A DNA stretch of 56,176 nt, taken from an uncultured Sphingomonas sp. GTDB taxonomy: Bacteria > Pseudomonadota > Alphaproteobacteria > Sphingomonadales > Sphingomonadaceae. Below, in pieces: positions 48,665 through 56,176 of this stretch (position 1 is its first letter; each line of letters starts with the position of its first letter). The notes beneath the pieces were generated by a model, which made no database searches, was not told the DNA's origin, and saw only the letters and a list, made by a program, of their open reading frames with translations. The DNA is taken from contig CAXTRJ010000001.1 of NCBI GenBank assembly GCA_964246585.1, positions 1 to 56,176 of the forward strand, written 5' to 3'. The position numbers and the translations under genes were made by a program.

Positions 48665-49054
48665 TCAGACGCGGCGGCGCTTGGACGGCCGAACGCCGTT
48701 GTGCGGGATCGACGTCACGTCGCGGATCGAGGTGATCTGGAAACCGACCGCCTGAAGCGCGCGCAGCGCCGACTCGCGGCCCGAACCCGGGCCCTTGACC
48801 TCGACCTCGAGCGTCCGGACGCCATGCTCGGCGGCCTTTTTCCCCGCGTCCTCGGCGGCGACCTGGGCGGCGTAGGGCGTCGACTTGCGGCTGCCTTTAA
48901 AGCCCATCGCGCCCGCCGACGACCAGGAGATCGCATTCCCTTGCGCGTCGGTGATCGTGATCATGGTGTTGTTGAAGCTGGCGTTGACGTGCGCCACGCC
49001 CGACGTGATGTTCTTGCGCTCGCGCCGCTTAACGCGCTGAGGTTCGCGTGCCAT
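48665..49054 (-). CDS. rpsK: 30S ribosomal protein S11
   Basis: [26 protein letters not shown]. Confidence 0.99.
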   Translation of the reverse strand: MAREPQRVKRRERKNITSGVAHVNASFNNTMITITDAQGNAISWSSAGAMGFKGSRKSTPYAAQVAAEDAGKKAAEHGVRTLEVEVKGPGSGRESALRALQAVGFQITSIRDVTSIPHNGVRPSKRRRV

Positions 49055-49162
49055 TTCGTGTGTCCTGACCTGTATTTCCGAGTGTCGCCGACGGGTCGCG
49101 ATAGCCCCACCCCTCGGGTGTACGCGTCGCGCCTCCGGCGGAGTAAACCGTCCCCGGACGGT

Positions 49163-49531
49163 TTACTTCTTCTTGCCGGCGATCGGCTTGGCCTTGCCCT
49201 TGCGGGTGCGCGCGTTGGTGTGCGTGCGCTGGCCGCGAACCGGGAGCCCTCGGCGATGACGCAGGCCGCGGTAGCAGGCGAGGTCCATCAACCGCTTGAT
49301 ATTCACCGCCGTCTGACGCCGCAGGTCGCCCTCGACCATGTGGTCGGCGTCGATCGTCTCGCGGATCTGCAGCACCTCCTGATCGGTCAGGTCCTGCACC
49401 CGGGCGGTCGTCGCGATGCCGAGCTTCTCGGTGATCTGACGGGCCTTGGTGTCGCCAATGCCGTGGATATAGGTCAGCGCGATAACCACGCGCTTATTGG
49501 TCGGGATATTAACCCCCGCAATACGTGCCAT
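49163..49531 (-). CDS. rpsM: 30S ribosomal protein S13
   Basis: [36 protein letters not shown]. Confidence 0.99.
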   Translation of the reverse strand: MARIAGVNIPTNKRVVIALTYIHGIGDTKARQITEKLGIATTARVQDLTDQEVLQIRETIDADHMVEGDLRRQTAVNIKRLMDLACYRGLRHRRGLPVRGQRTHTNARTRKGKAKPIAGKKK

Positions 49532-49723
49532 GAACCTGATTCTCCTGCTCCACGGGATGCGGCATGGACGCGCATCCCATCTCGACGCGTTGATCCGACC
49601 CGAACGCTTCCCAAACGCAAGAACGCGGCGAGCGCAAACAAGCGCCGCCGGGAACCGGTGTGTCGGAGTAGAGCTGGCTTACTCGGGCGCGCCGGTGGTG
49701 TCAATCGCCGACCGGAACCATTG

Positions 49724-49969
49724 TCACGACAAAGCGTGGCCTGTGCTTGTCTGCACGGCGCGCAACCGGCTCCCGCGACGTAGCGCGACGACGGTCCAAA
49801 TCAGCTCGACGATCCCGAACGGCCAAGCTCCTTGAAGGAAGCCATAGGCCGAGCTGAGCAGGCACCCGCCGGCGAACAGCAGGGTCCATACCCGCGCGCG
49901 ATCCTCGAGCATGAAGCTGACCAGCATGAAGCTGACCGCGAATAAGCCGAACAGCGTGAGCGCGTCCAC
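49724..49969 (-). CDS. Small hypothetical membrane protein
   Basis: About three hydrophobic helices, YGFLQGAWPFG.VE..W pattern; directly follows the Uma2 gene. Confidence 0.7.
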   Translation of the reverse strand: MDALTLFGLFAVSFMLVSFMLEDRARVWTLLFAGGCLLSSAYGFLQGAWPFGIVELIWTVVALRRGSRLRAVQTSTGHALS

Positions 49970-49973
49970 TAGG

Positions 49974-50552
49974 TCAGGCGAGGCGCGAGGTGTCGATTAC
50001 CAACCTCTCGATCGTCGCCGATCGGACCGGCTCGCCAAAGGTGAACTCACGCCGCTCGGCATAGACGCCGTCCACCGCTACGTACATCCGGATGACGCGT
50101 CGCCCGCGCACGTCCGCGACCCAGTATTCCGGCACGCCGGTTCGCGCGTACAGCCTTGCCTTCTTGCCGAGATCGTACCGCAATGAAGAGTCGGCCACTT
50201 CGATCGCCAACCGTATCGTCTCCGTGGTGGCGAAGCCTTCGTCATCGCTTGTCCCGGCGACCATGATGTCGGCCTCCGGCAGGCTGTGCGGATCGAGATG
50301 AGCGGAGACCGGCGATAACGCTTCGAGCCCGGGCAGACGATCCAGTGCCAGCCCGACCTCGATCGATAACCGCATGAGGGTACGCGAATGAGGCAGATGA
50401 ATAGGGCTCATGACGAATATCTCCCCGTCCACCAGCTCGACGCGCCCGACGTTGTCGAATGCGCCCGCCTCGTCGAGAATTAGGAACTCGTCGACGGTCA
50501 ACGGATGGAGGACGGGGCCCTCGCCCGGGACAATGACCTGCTCGCTACCCAT
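49974..50552 (-). CDS. Uma2-family (DUF820) endonuclease
   Basis: LTVDEF, RVELVDGEI..MSP, PEAD, IEVADSSL..D..K..LYA..GVPEYWV. Confidence 0.88.
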   Translation of the reverse strand: MGSEQVIVPGEGPVLHPLTVDEFLILDEAGAFDNVGRVELVDGEIFVMSPIHLPHSRTLMRLSIEVGLALDRLPGLEALSPVSAHLDPHSLPEADIMVAGTSDDEGFATTETIRLAIEVADSSLRYDLGKKARLYARTGVPEYWVADVRGRRVIRMYVAVDGVYAERREFTFGEPVRSATIERLVIDTSRLA

Positions 50553-50616
50553 GCCGGCATTCTATCAGCGAGACGCGACATCTTAAGGGAAACCACTTTC
50601 GCGAGCGGCGGTCAGG

Positions 50617-52320
50617 CTAGCCCGTAACCCCGACCAGCACGTGGCCCGCCGCGTCGAACGCGCGGCCGACACGCGCGTCGACGCCGGCGAAAACGACCTT
50701 GCTCGCCGCGGACCCTCCCGTGAACGCCGCCGGGTCGATCGCCGTGCCGTCGACCTGACAAAAGCCGGAGGTCGGATCCAGGCTCACTCCGCCGGCGAAG
50801 CCGGGCTGGTTGAACGCGATCACGGTCGGGCGGACGATGCTGCGCGTCATTGCGCGGCAGGTCACGGCAAAGGCGTTCGTCGTTTTGCCGACGTTGCTGA
50901 TCTGCGGCTCGAGATGCAGCGCGCTCGCCTCGTCGACCACCACCGGCCGCACCGCTTGGTGGATCTTCGTCCCCTGCACCGTCACGCCCCGCGTCCGGGA
51001 GAAATACAGCGAGCCGCCGGGGAAGTCGCCATGGATTTGCCCGCCGATGATGGTGACCAGGCCGGCGCCGTCATGGACCAGGATGCCGCGATCGCCGCGT
51101 CCGCCCGCCGGCGTCACATAAGGATCGGTGATCTCGATCGATGCGCTTGCGGTAGCGTCTAGATTGATGTCGAGGCCAAAGCGGCCGCATCCGTCGAGCA
51201 CGGGGTTACGGATGTGCAGGTCGATCGTCTGCCCCGTCCCCCGCTTGCCGTCGACGTCGAACGCCATGCCCGTGTCGATCCGGGCGCTTTCGAACCGGTC
51301 GAGGAAGCTGTCGACGAAGCCGCCCCTCGCGCGGAGCCCGGTCGGGTCGACATGCGCGCCGTTCTGATCGGCGGCGACGCAGCGGTCCATGTACAGCGAG
51401 GCGTTGCCGCCGGGGTAGCCGAAGCTGACATGGCCATCCAGGTAATAGCCGACCATGAAATCGTTACGCGCGCTCGTTCCCGGGCGCTGACGCGTCGTCA
51501 GGCAGTCGTCGACCTTGGTGTAGACCACCCCGCCGATATAGATGCCGACACTGCTCTCCAGCGAAGAGATACCGCTGAACGTGCAATGGAACAGGTATTT
51601 GGCGCGCAGACCCGTTGGGTAGCGGGCAAGGTCGCCCGACGGGTGCGGTGTGCAGGCGCCGTCGCGGATCAGCGTGAAGAGACTGAAATGATTCTCGGTG
51701 ACCAGCGCGTCGATCGGGGTGGGCGCGTCCACCGTGCCGACCACCATGATGTCGGCGGTATGGACGGCGGGCGCGGCGGCTTGCAGGATGATGCGCGTCC
51801 CCTGCCCTTCGTTCGACGCGAACCGCCCGCATCCCCGCACCGTCCGCCAGCTCCGCGCGAATCGCAGCGTGCGGCGGACGAAATAGTCCGCCTGCGCCAG
51901 CTCGGTCACCGCGCAGGCCGCGTAGCAGGCCTCGATCGCGTCGGCGCAATCGAACGCGGCATTGTTGGTCGTCGCGCCGAACCATTCCGGCCGGCCGTGC
52001 GTCCCGTCCCAGACGCGCGCCCAGACCAGCTCGATCCGCGAAGAGGGGACGTACAGTCCCTGTAGCCGATCGCCCGCGGCCGCGCCCGTTCGCGCGGTGC
52101 ACTCGAACAGGCCTTCGCGCGCGCCCTCGCCCAGGAACACGACTCGCCCGGGGGCGGGATCGGCCAGCGCCGACAGCGCGCGACGGTCCGAGACCGCGAC
52201 AATCGGTCCGCTCACCGCCTGGCGCGCGCCTGGATCGGGCGCCGCCTGCCCGCCGCTAACCTGGGCGAGCGCCGACAGCGCGGTGCCGCGTAGAACGGCC
52301 CGGCGGGGTAGATTGGTCAT
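50617..52320 (-). CDS. Tat-exported hypothetical protein, probable right-handed beta-helix (pectin lyase-like)
   Basis: PRRAVLRG Tat motif; PEWFGA..D...AIEAC cap followed by Gly/Ile/Val-rich beta-coil-like repeats. Confidence 0.6.
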   Translation of the reverse strand: MTNLPRRAVLRGTALSALAQVSGGQAAPDPGARQAVSGPIVAVSDRRALSALADPAPGRVVFLGEGAREGLFECTARTGAAAGDRLQGLYVPSSRIELVWARVWDGTHGRPEWFGATTNNAAFDCADAIEACYAACAVTELAQADYFVRRTLRFARSWRTVRGCGRFASNEGQGTRIILQAAAPAVHTADIMVVGTVDAPTPIDALVTENHFSLFTLIRDGACTPHPSGDLARYPTGLRAKYLFHCTFSGISSLESSVGIYIGGVVYTKVDDCLTTRQRPGTSARNDFMVGYYLDGHVSFGYPGGNASLYMDRCVAADQNGAHVDPTGLRARGGFVDSFLDRFESARIDTGMAFDVDGKRGTGQTIDLHIRNPVLDGCGRFGLDINLDATASASIEITDPYVTPAGGRGDRGILVHDGAGLVTIIGGQIHGDFPGGSLYFSRTRGVTVQGTKIHQAVRPVVVDEASALHLEPQISNVGKTTNAFAVTCRAMTRSIVRPTVIAFNQPGFAGGVSLDPTSGFCQVDGTAIDPAAFTGGSAASKVVFAGVDARVGRAFDAAGHVLVGVTG

Positions 52321-52401
52321 GGCGACTCCTCGGCAACAGCACTGGCGATTGATACGTCCCACGCCATGCGAGGTTGCAGCCGCCGCGAGACCGCGCCCGC
52401 C

Positions 52402-53052
52402 CTAGCCAGCGTCGAGGATCGTTGCGATCGCCGCCGAGACCGTATCCATGTCGGCCATGCCGTCGATTCGCGAGACGATCCCCCGCGCGTCGTAGATCGG
52501 CAGGATCGGCGCGGTCTTGGCGCGATATTCGGCCATGCGGGTCGATACCGTCTCGGCGTTGTCGTCCGGGCGGCGCTTGAACTCGTGCGCGCCGCAGACG
52601 TCGCAGCTGCCCTCGACCAGCGGCAACCGGAAGCGATCATGATAGCCGGTGCCGCACGCCGCGCAGGTGAAGCGTCCGACGATGCGCTCGATCAACGCCG
52701 CCTCGTCGACCGACAGCTCGATGACGTGGTCGAGCGTCCGGCCGCGCTCCGCCAGCAACAGGTCGAGTGCATCGGCCTGCGCGGCGGTGCGTGGATAGCC
52801 GTCGAAAATGACGCCCCCCGCCGTGTCCGCCAAGTCGAGCCGCTCGCCGATCAGCGCCGAGACGATCGCGTCGGACACAAGCTCGCCCGCCGCCATCACC
52901 GCCTTGGCCTGGAGCCCGACCGGCGTTCCCGCCTTGACCGCGGCGCGCAGCATGTCGCCGGTCGACAGCTGGACCATGCCGCGCTCGGCGACCAGCTTGC
53001 CGGCCTGGGTGCCCTTGCCGGCACCCGGTGGGCCCAGGAGAATGATGTTCAC
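52402..53052 (-). CDS. adk: Adenylate kinase
   Basis: GPPGAGKGTQA, STGDMLR, FDGYPRT, zinc-lid CxxC..CxxC. Confidence 0.98.
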   Translation of the reverse strand: MNIILLGPPGAGKGTQAGKLVAERGMVQLSTGDMLRAAVKAGTPVGLQAKAVMAAGELVSDAIVSALIGERLDLADTAGGVIFDGYPRTAAQADALDLLLAERGRTLDHVIELSVDEAALIERIVGRFTCAACGTGYHDRFRLPLVEGSCDVCGAHEFKRRPDDNAETVSTRMAEYRAKTAPILPIYDARGIVSRIDGMADMDTVSAAIATILDAG

Positions 53053-53081
53053 CGCCGTCGCTCCCCTGTTCGCCCCGCCTT

Positions 53082-54446
53082 TTAGCGGACGCGCCCGCCC
53101 TTCAGCTTCGCCTTCTTGATCAGGTCGCCATACTGATGCGCCAGCAGGTGCGACTGGATCTGCGCCACCGTATCCATTGTCACGTTGACGACGATCAGCA
53201 GCGACGTGCCGCCCAGGTAGAACGGGATCGACAACGCCGACACCAGATACTCGGGCAGCAGGCAGATGATCGTCAGGTACGCCGCGCCGATCACGGTGAT
53301 GCGGGTCAGCACGTAATCGAAATAGTTCTCGGTGTTCTTGCCCGGTCGGATACCCGGAATGAAGCCGCCATGCCGCTTCAAATTGTCAGCCGTCTCCTCC
53401 GGATTGAACACGACCGCGGTGTAGAAGAACGAGAAGAAGATGATGCCGGCCCCGTAGAGCAGCATATACACCGGGCTGCCGTGCTGGAGATACTGGTTCA
53501 GGCTGATGATGAAGTCGCCCCAGGCGCTCTCGCCCGCGACGCGCTGACCGGCGAATTGCGAGATGGTCAGCGGCATCAGCAGCAGCGACGAGGCGAAGAT
53601 TGGCGGGATGACGCCAGCGGTGTTGATCTTGAGCGGCAGGTGGCTGCGGTCGGCCTGCATCCCGCGCTGCGTCTGGCGCTTGGGATACTGGATCAGGATG
53701 CGGCGCTGGGCGCGCTCCATGAAGCAGATGAACAGGATCAGCGCGACGACCGCGACGACGATGCCGATCAGGCGCACCGGATCGAGCGACCCCGAGCGAC
53801 CGCCCTCGAGCAGCTGGACCAACGTCGTCGGCAGATGCGCGACGATGCCCGCCATGATGATCAGCGACACGCCGTTGCCGATGCCGCGGCTGGTGATCTG
53901 CTCGCCCAGCCACATCAGGAACATGGTGCCGCCAATGAGCGAGATCACCGCGGCGACGCGGAACGTCATGCCCGGCTCGATCACCGCCTGGACGCCCTGG
54001 CTGGCGCCGAGCGCCTCGAGACCGACGGCGATGAAATAGCCCTGGATCGCGGTCAGCGCGACGGTGCCGTAGCGGGTGTACTGGTTGAGTCGCTTGCGCC
54101 CCGACTCGCCTTCCTTCTTGATCGCGTTGAGCGTCGGCGACAGCGACGTCGCCAGCTGCACCACGATCGACGCGGTGATGTAGGGCATGACCCCCAGCGC
54201 GATCAGCGACATCCGGCTGAGCGAGCCGCCCGAGAAGGTGTTGAAAAAGTCGAGCACGCCGCCCTGCGTCTGCTGCGACAAAAGCCCGAGCGCGGTCGGG
54301 TCGATGCCGGGCAGCGGCACATAGGACAGCATCCGGAACACAATCAGCACGCCGATGGTGAACCACAGCCGCTTCTTGAGGTCGGTCGCCTTGGCGAACT
54401 TCGCCAGGTTAATGCTCTGCGCCATCTGGTCGGCTGCGGATGCCAT
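53082..54446 (-). CDS. secY: Preprotein translocase subunit SecY
   Basis: LGVMPYITASI, WLGEQIT.RGIGNG.S, AGVIPPIFA, FIPGIRPG, GGTSLLI. Confidence 0.99.
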   Translation of the reverse strand: MASAADQMAQSINLAKFAKATDLKKRLWFTIGVLIVFRMLSYVPLPGIDPTALGLLSQQTQGGVLDFFNTFSGGSLSRMSLIALGVMPYITASIVVQLATSLSPTLNAIKKEGESGRKRLNQYTRYGTVALTAIQGYFIAVGLEALGASQGVQAVIEPGMTFRVAAVISLIGGTMFLMWLGEQITSRGIGNGVSLIIMAGIVAHLPTTLVQLLEGGRSGSLDPVRLIGIVVAVVALILFICFMERAQRRILIQYPKRQTQRGMQADRSHLPLKINTAGVIPPIFASSLLLMPLTISQFAGQRVAGESAWGDFIISLNQYLQHGSPVYMLLYGAGIIFFSFFYTAVVFNPEETADNLKRHGGFIPGIRPGKNTENYFDYVLTRITVIGAAYLTIICLLPEYLVSALSIPFYLGGTSLLIVVNVTMDTVAQIQSHLLAHQYGDLIKKAKLKGGRVR

Positions 54447-54539
54447 GCGTTGTCTAGTCCTGAAACGATAAGCGGCGGGATGCGTTGTGACCCGCCCCGC
54501 CCCTCATATAGGCGCGTGGTCGCGCTTGTCTAACCCAGT

Positions 54540-54637
54540 TCCCCTCCCGCTCGCGGGAGGGGTCAGGGGAGGGCATGTGCCTTCACGGGTATGGCATGAC
54601 ATGCCCTCCCCCAGCTCCTCCCGCGAGCGGGAGGGGA
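54540..54637. repeat. REP/CIR-like intergenic palindromic element
   Basis: Two inverted copies of CCCCTCCCGCxxGCGGGAGGGG joined by GGGGAGGGCATGT...ACATGCCCTCCCC. Confidence 0.8.
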
Positions 54638-54642
54638 GTAAG

Positions 54643-55185
54643 CTACGCCTTGAACGACGCCTTGTGCGCCTGGCGCTCCTTGTACTTCACGCCCTTCTTG
54701 GCCGCGGCCTTTTCCGCCGCCGGGATCACGACCAGCACGTCGACCGCGCCGCCCGCCGCCTCGACCGCCTCGCGCGCGCCCTTCGACACGCCCGCGACTG
54801 AAAAACGCAGCGCGCCCGAGAACGCGCCCTTGCCGAGCAGCCGGACACCGTCCTTGCCGCCGCGCGCCAGCCCCGCCGCCTTCAGCGCGGCGTGGTCGAT
54901 CGTCGCGTTCGCATCCAGCGTCCCCGCCTCGACCGCCTTCGCGATCGCGCCCAGGTTGACCTCGGCGAAATCCTTGGCGAAGATGTTGTTGAAGCCGCGC
55001 TTTGGCAGCCGCATGTGGAGCGGCATCTGACCACCTTCGAAGCCGGCGATGGACACGCCCTCGCGGCTCTTCTGGCCCTTTTGGCCCCGCCCGCCGGTCT
55101 TGCCCTTGCCCGAGCCGATGCCCCGGCCGACCCGCATCTTGTCTTTGCGGGCACCGTCATTGTCGCGGAGTTCGTTAAGTTTCAT
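54643..55185 (-). CDS. rplO: 50S ribosomal protein L15
   Basis: [32 protein letters not shown]. Confidence 0.98.
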   Translation of the reverse strand: MKLNELRDNDGARKDKMRVGRGIGSGKGKTGGRGQKGQKSREGVSIAGFEGGQMPLHMRLPKRGFNNIFAKDFAEVNLGAIAKAVEAGTLDANATIDHAALKAAGLARGGKDGVRLLGKGAFSGALRFSVAGVSKGAREAVEAAGGAVDVLVVIPAAEKAAAKKGVKYKERQAHKASFKA

Positions 55186-55220
55186 GTCGTGCACTCGCTT
55201 TCGCTATGTTCGCGCTGGAT

Positions 55221-55349
55221 TCCCCTCTCCCAACGGGAGAGGGAGGGAGCCGCCGAAGGCAGCGGAAGGGTGAGGGCAGGACATACCCTGTCCTCACCCG
55301 CTAGCCGGCTGTCGCCGGCGTCGCCGCCCCTCTCCTACCAGGAGAGGGG
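55221..55349. repeat. REP/CIR-like intergenic palindromic element
   Basis: CCCTCTCCCaacGGGAGAGGG ... GGGTGAGGG..CCTCACCC ... CCCCTCTCCtaccaGGAGAGGGG. Confidence 0.75.
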
Positions 55350-55359
55350 CTCAGGAGGG

Positions 55360-55536
55360 TCAGCCCTCGACCGACACCATGTGCTGCACCTTGCGGATCA
55401 TGCCGCGGACCTCGGGGCTGTCCTCCAGCTCCCGGGTCTTGTGCATCTTGTTGAGGCCGAGGCCGACCAGCGTCGCGCGCTGGTCCTTCTCGCGCCGGAT
55501 CGGCGAGCCCGTCTGGGTGATCTTGATCGTCGCCAT
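55360..55536 (-). CDS. rpmD: 50S ribosomal protein L30 (absent from the ORF track)
   Basis: Manual translation [58 protein letters not shown]. Confidence 0.97.
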   Translation of the reverse strand: MATIKITQTGSPIRREKDQRATLVGLGLNKMHKTRELEDSPEVRGMIRKVQHMVSVEG

Positions 55537-55541
55537 CATCG

Positions 55542-56176
55542 TTACTCCACGATCGCCGCGGCTTCGGCCTCGGCGACTCCCTTGTCGGCGCCACCGCGAC
55601 CGATCAGGTCGGCGATCTTCTTGCCACGGCGCTGCGCCACCGCCTTGGGGCTGGTCTGGTCGCCCAGCGCCTCGAACGTCGCCCGGATCATGTTGTACGG
55701 GTTGGACGTGCCGATCGACTTGGTGACGACGTCGGCCACGCCGAGCGATTCGAACACCGCGCGCATCGGACCGCCGGCGATGATGCCGGTGCCCTGCGGC
55801 GCCGACCGCAGCGTCACGCGACCGGCGCCGAAGTGGCCATTGGCGTCGTGATGCAACGTGCGACCCTCACGCAGGGGAACGCGAACCATCTTCTTCTTGG
55901 CCGCCGCGGTCGCCTTGGAGATCGCCTCGGGCACCTCGCGCGCCTTGCCATGGCCGAAGCCGACCCGGCCCTTGCCGTCGCCGACGACGACCAGAGCCGC
56001 GAAGCCGAAGCGCTTGCCGCCCTTCACCGTCTTGGACACGCGGTTGATGTTGACCAGCTTCTCGATCAGCTCCTCGCCGCCGTCGTCGCCACCGGGGCCG
56101 CCACGACCGCGCTGGTCGCGACTGCCGCCGCGATTGTCGCGGCCGCCACGGTTGTTGCCGCCGCCCGGGCCGCCAC
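55542..56176 (-). CDS. rpsE: 30S ribosomal protein S5 (5' end outside the window)
   Basis: [39 protein letters not shown]; Gly/Arg-rich N-terminal extension. Confidence 0.98.
   Translation of the reverse strand, partial: GGPGGGNNRGGRDNRGGSRDQRGRGGPGGDDGGEELIEKLVNINRVSKTVKGGKRFGFAALVVVGDGKGRVGFGHGKAREVPEAISKATAAAKKKMVRVPLREGRTLHHDANGHFGAGRVTLRSAPQGTGIIAGGPMRAVFESLGVADVVTKSIGTSNPYNMIRATFEALGDQTSPKAVAQRRGKKIADLIGRGGADKGVAEAEAAAIVE

Noticed and set aside
49974-50552. Uma2 endonuclease as a defence or toxin-antitoxin system
   Set aside because: No methyltransferase, antitoxin or other defence partner nearby; stand-alone Uma2 genes are common.
1-56176. CRISPR array, tRNA/rRNA, intact IS or integrase
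   Set aside because: No regularly spaced repeats, RNA-gene signatures or transposase/integrase motifs were found by eye or in the ORF track.
56075-56176. Gly/Arg/Asp-rich low-complexity sequence at the window end
   Set aside because: It is the normal N-terminal extension of alphaproteobacterial S5.

Overview
GC-rich alphaproteobacterial chromosome segment; the RpoA, SecY and ribosomal protein sequences and the intergenic palindromes suggest a sphingomonad (inference). Left end: a PhoX alkaline phosphatase with an upstream Pho box. Right end: guaA and the S5-L30-L15-secY-adk and S13-S11-rpoA-L17 ribosomal cluster, with three accessory genes between adk and rpsM. The ~42.4 kb between phoX and guaA appears to be an old, integrase-less catabolic genomic island inserted at the guaA 3' end. 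It is bounded by a 15/18-nt degenerate direct repeat of the last guaA codons (2741-2758 vs 45140-45157). The island has four modules: (1) an amino-sugar/tagatose-6-phosphate-type carbohydrate locus (ABC transporter, GatZ/KbaZ, SIS deaminase, DeoR, atypical NodB deacetylase, SDR, TonB receptor, IolB-like, GH4, GH3, frameshifted GH97); (2) soxBDAG with remnants of glxA, purU and glnT, probably an N-methylglutamate/methylamine module; (3) orphan dmpFG plus an S9 peptidase and a cysteine hydrolase; (4) a gamma-glutamyl polyamine catabolic cluster with a GntR regulator. At least six genes survive only as short collapsed or truncated remnants. A palindrome, TGTGATCACA, recurs in promoter regions of both the sugar and polyamine modules. 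No rRNA, tRNA, CRISPR array or intact transposase/integrase was seen. All product calls come from motif recognition by eye, not database searches.
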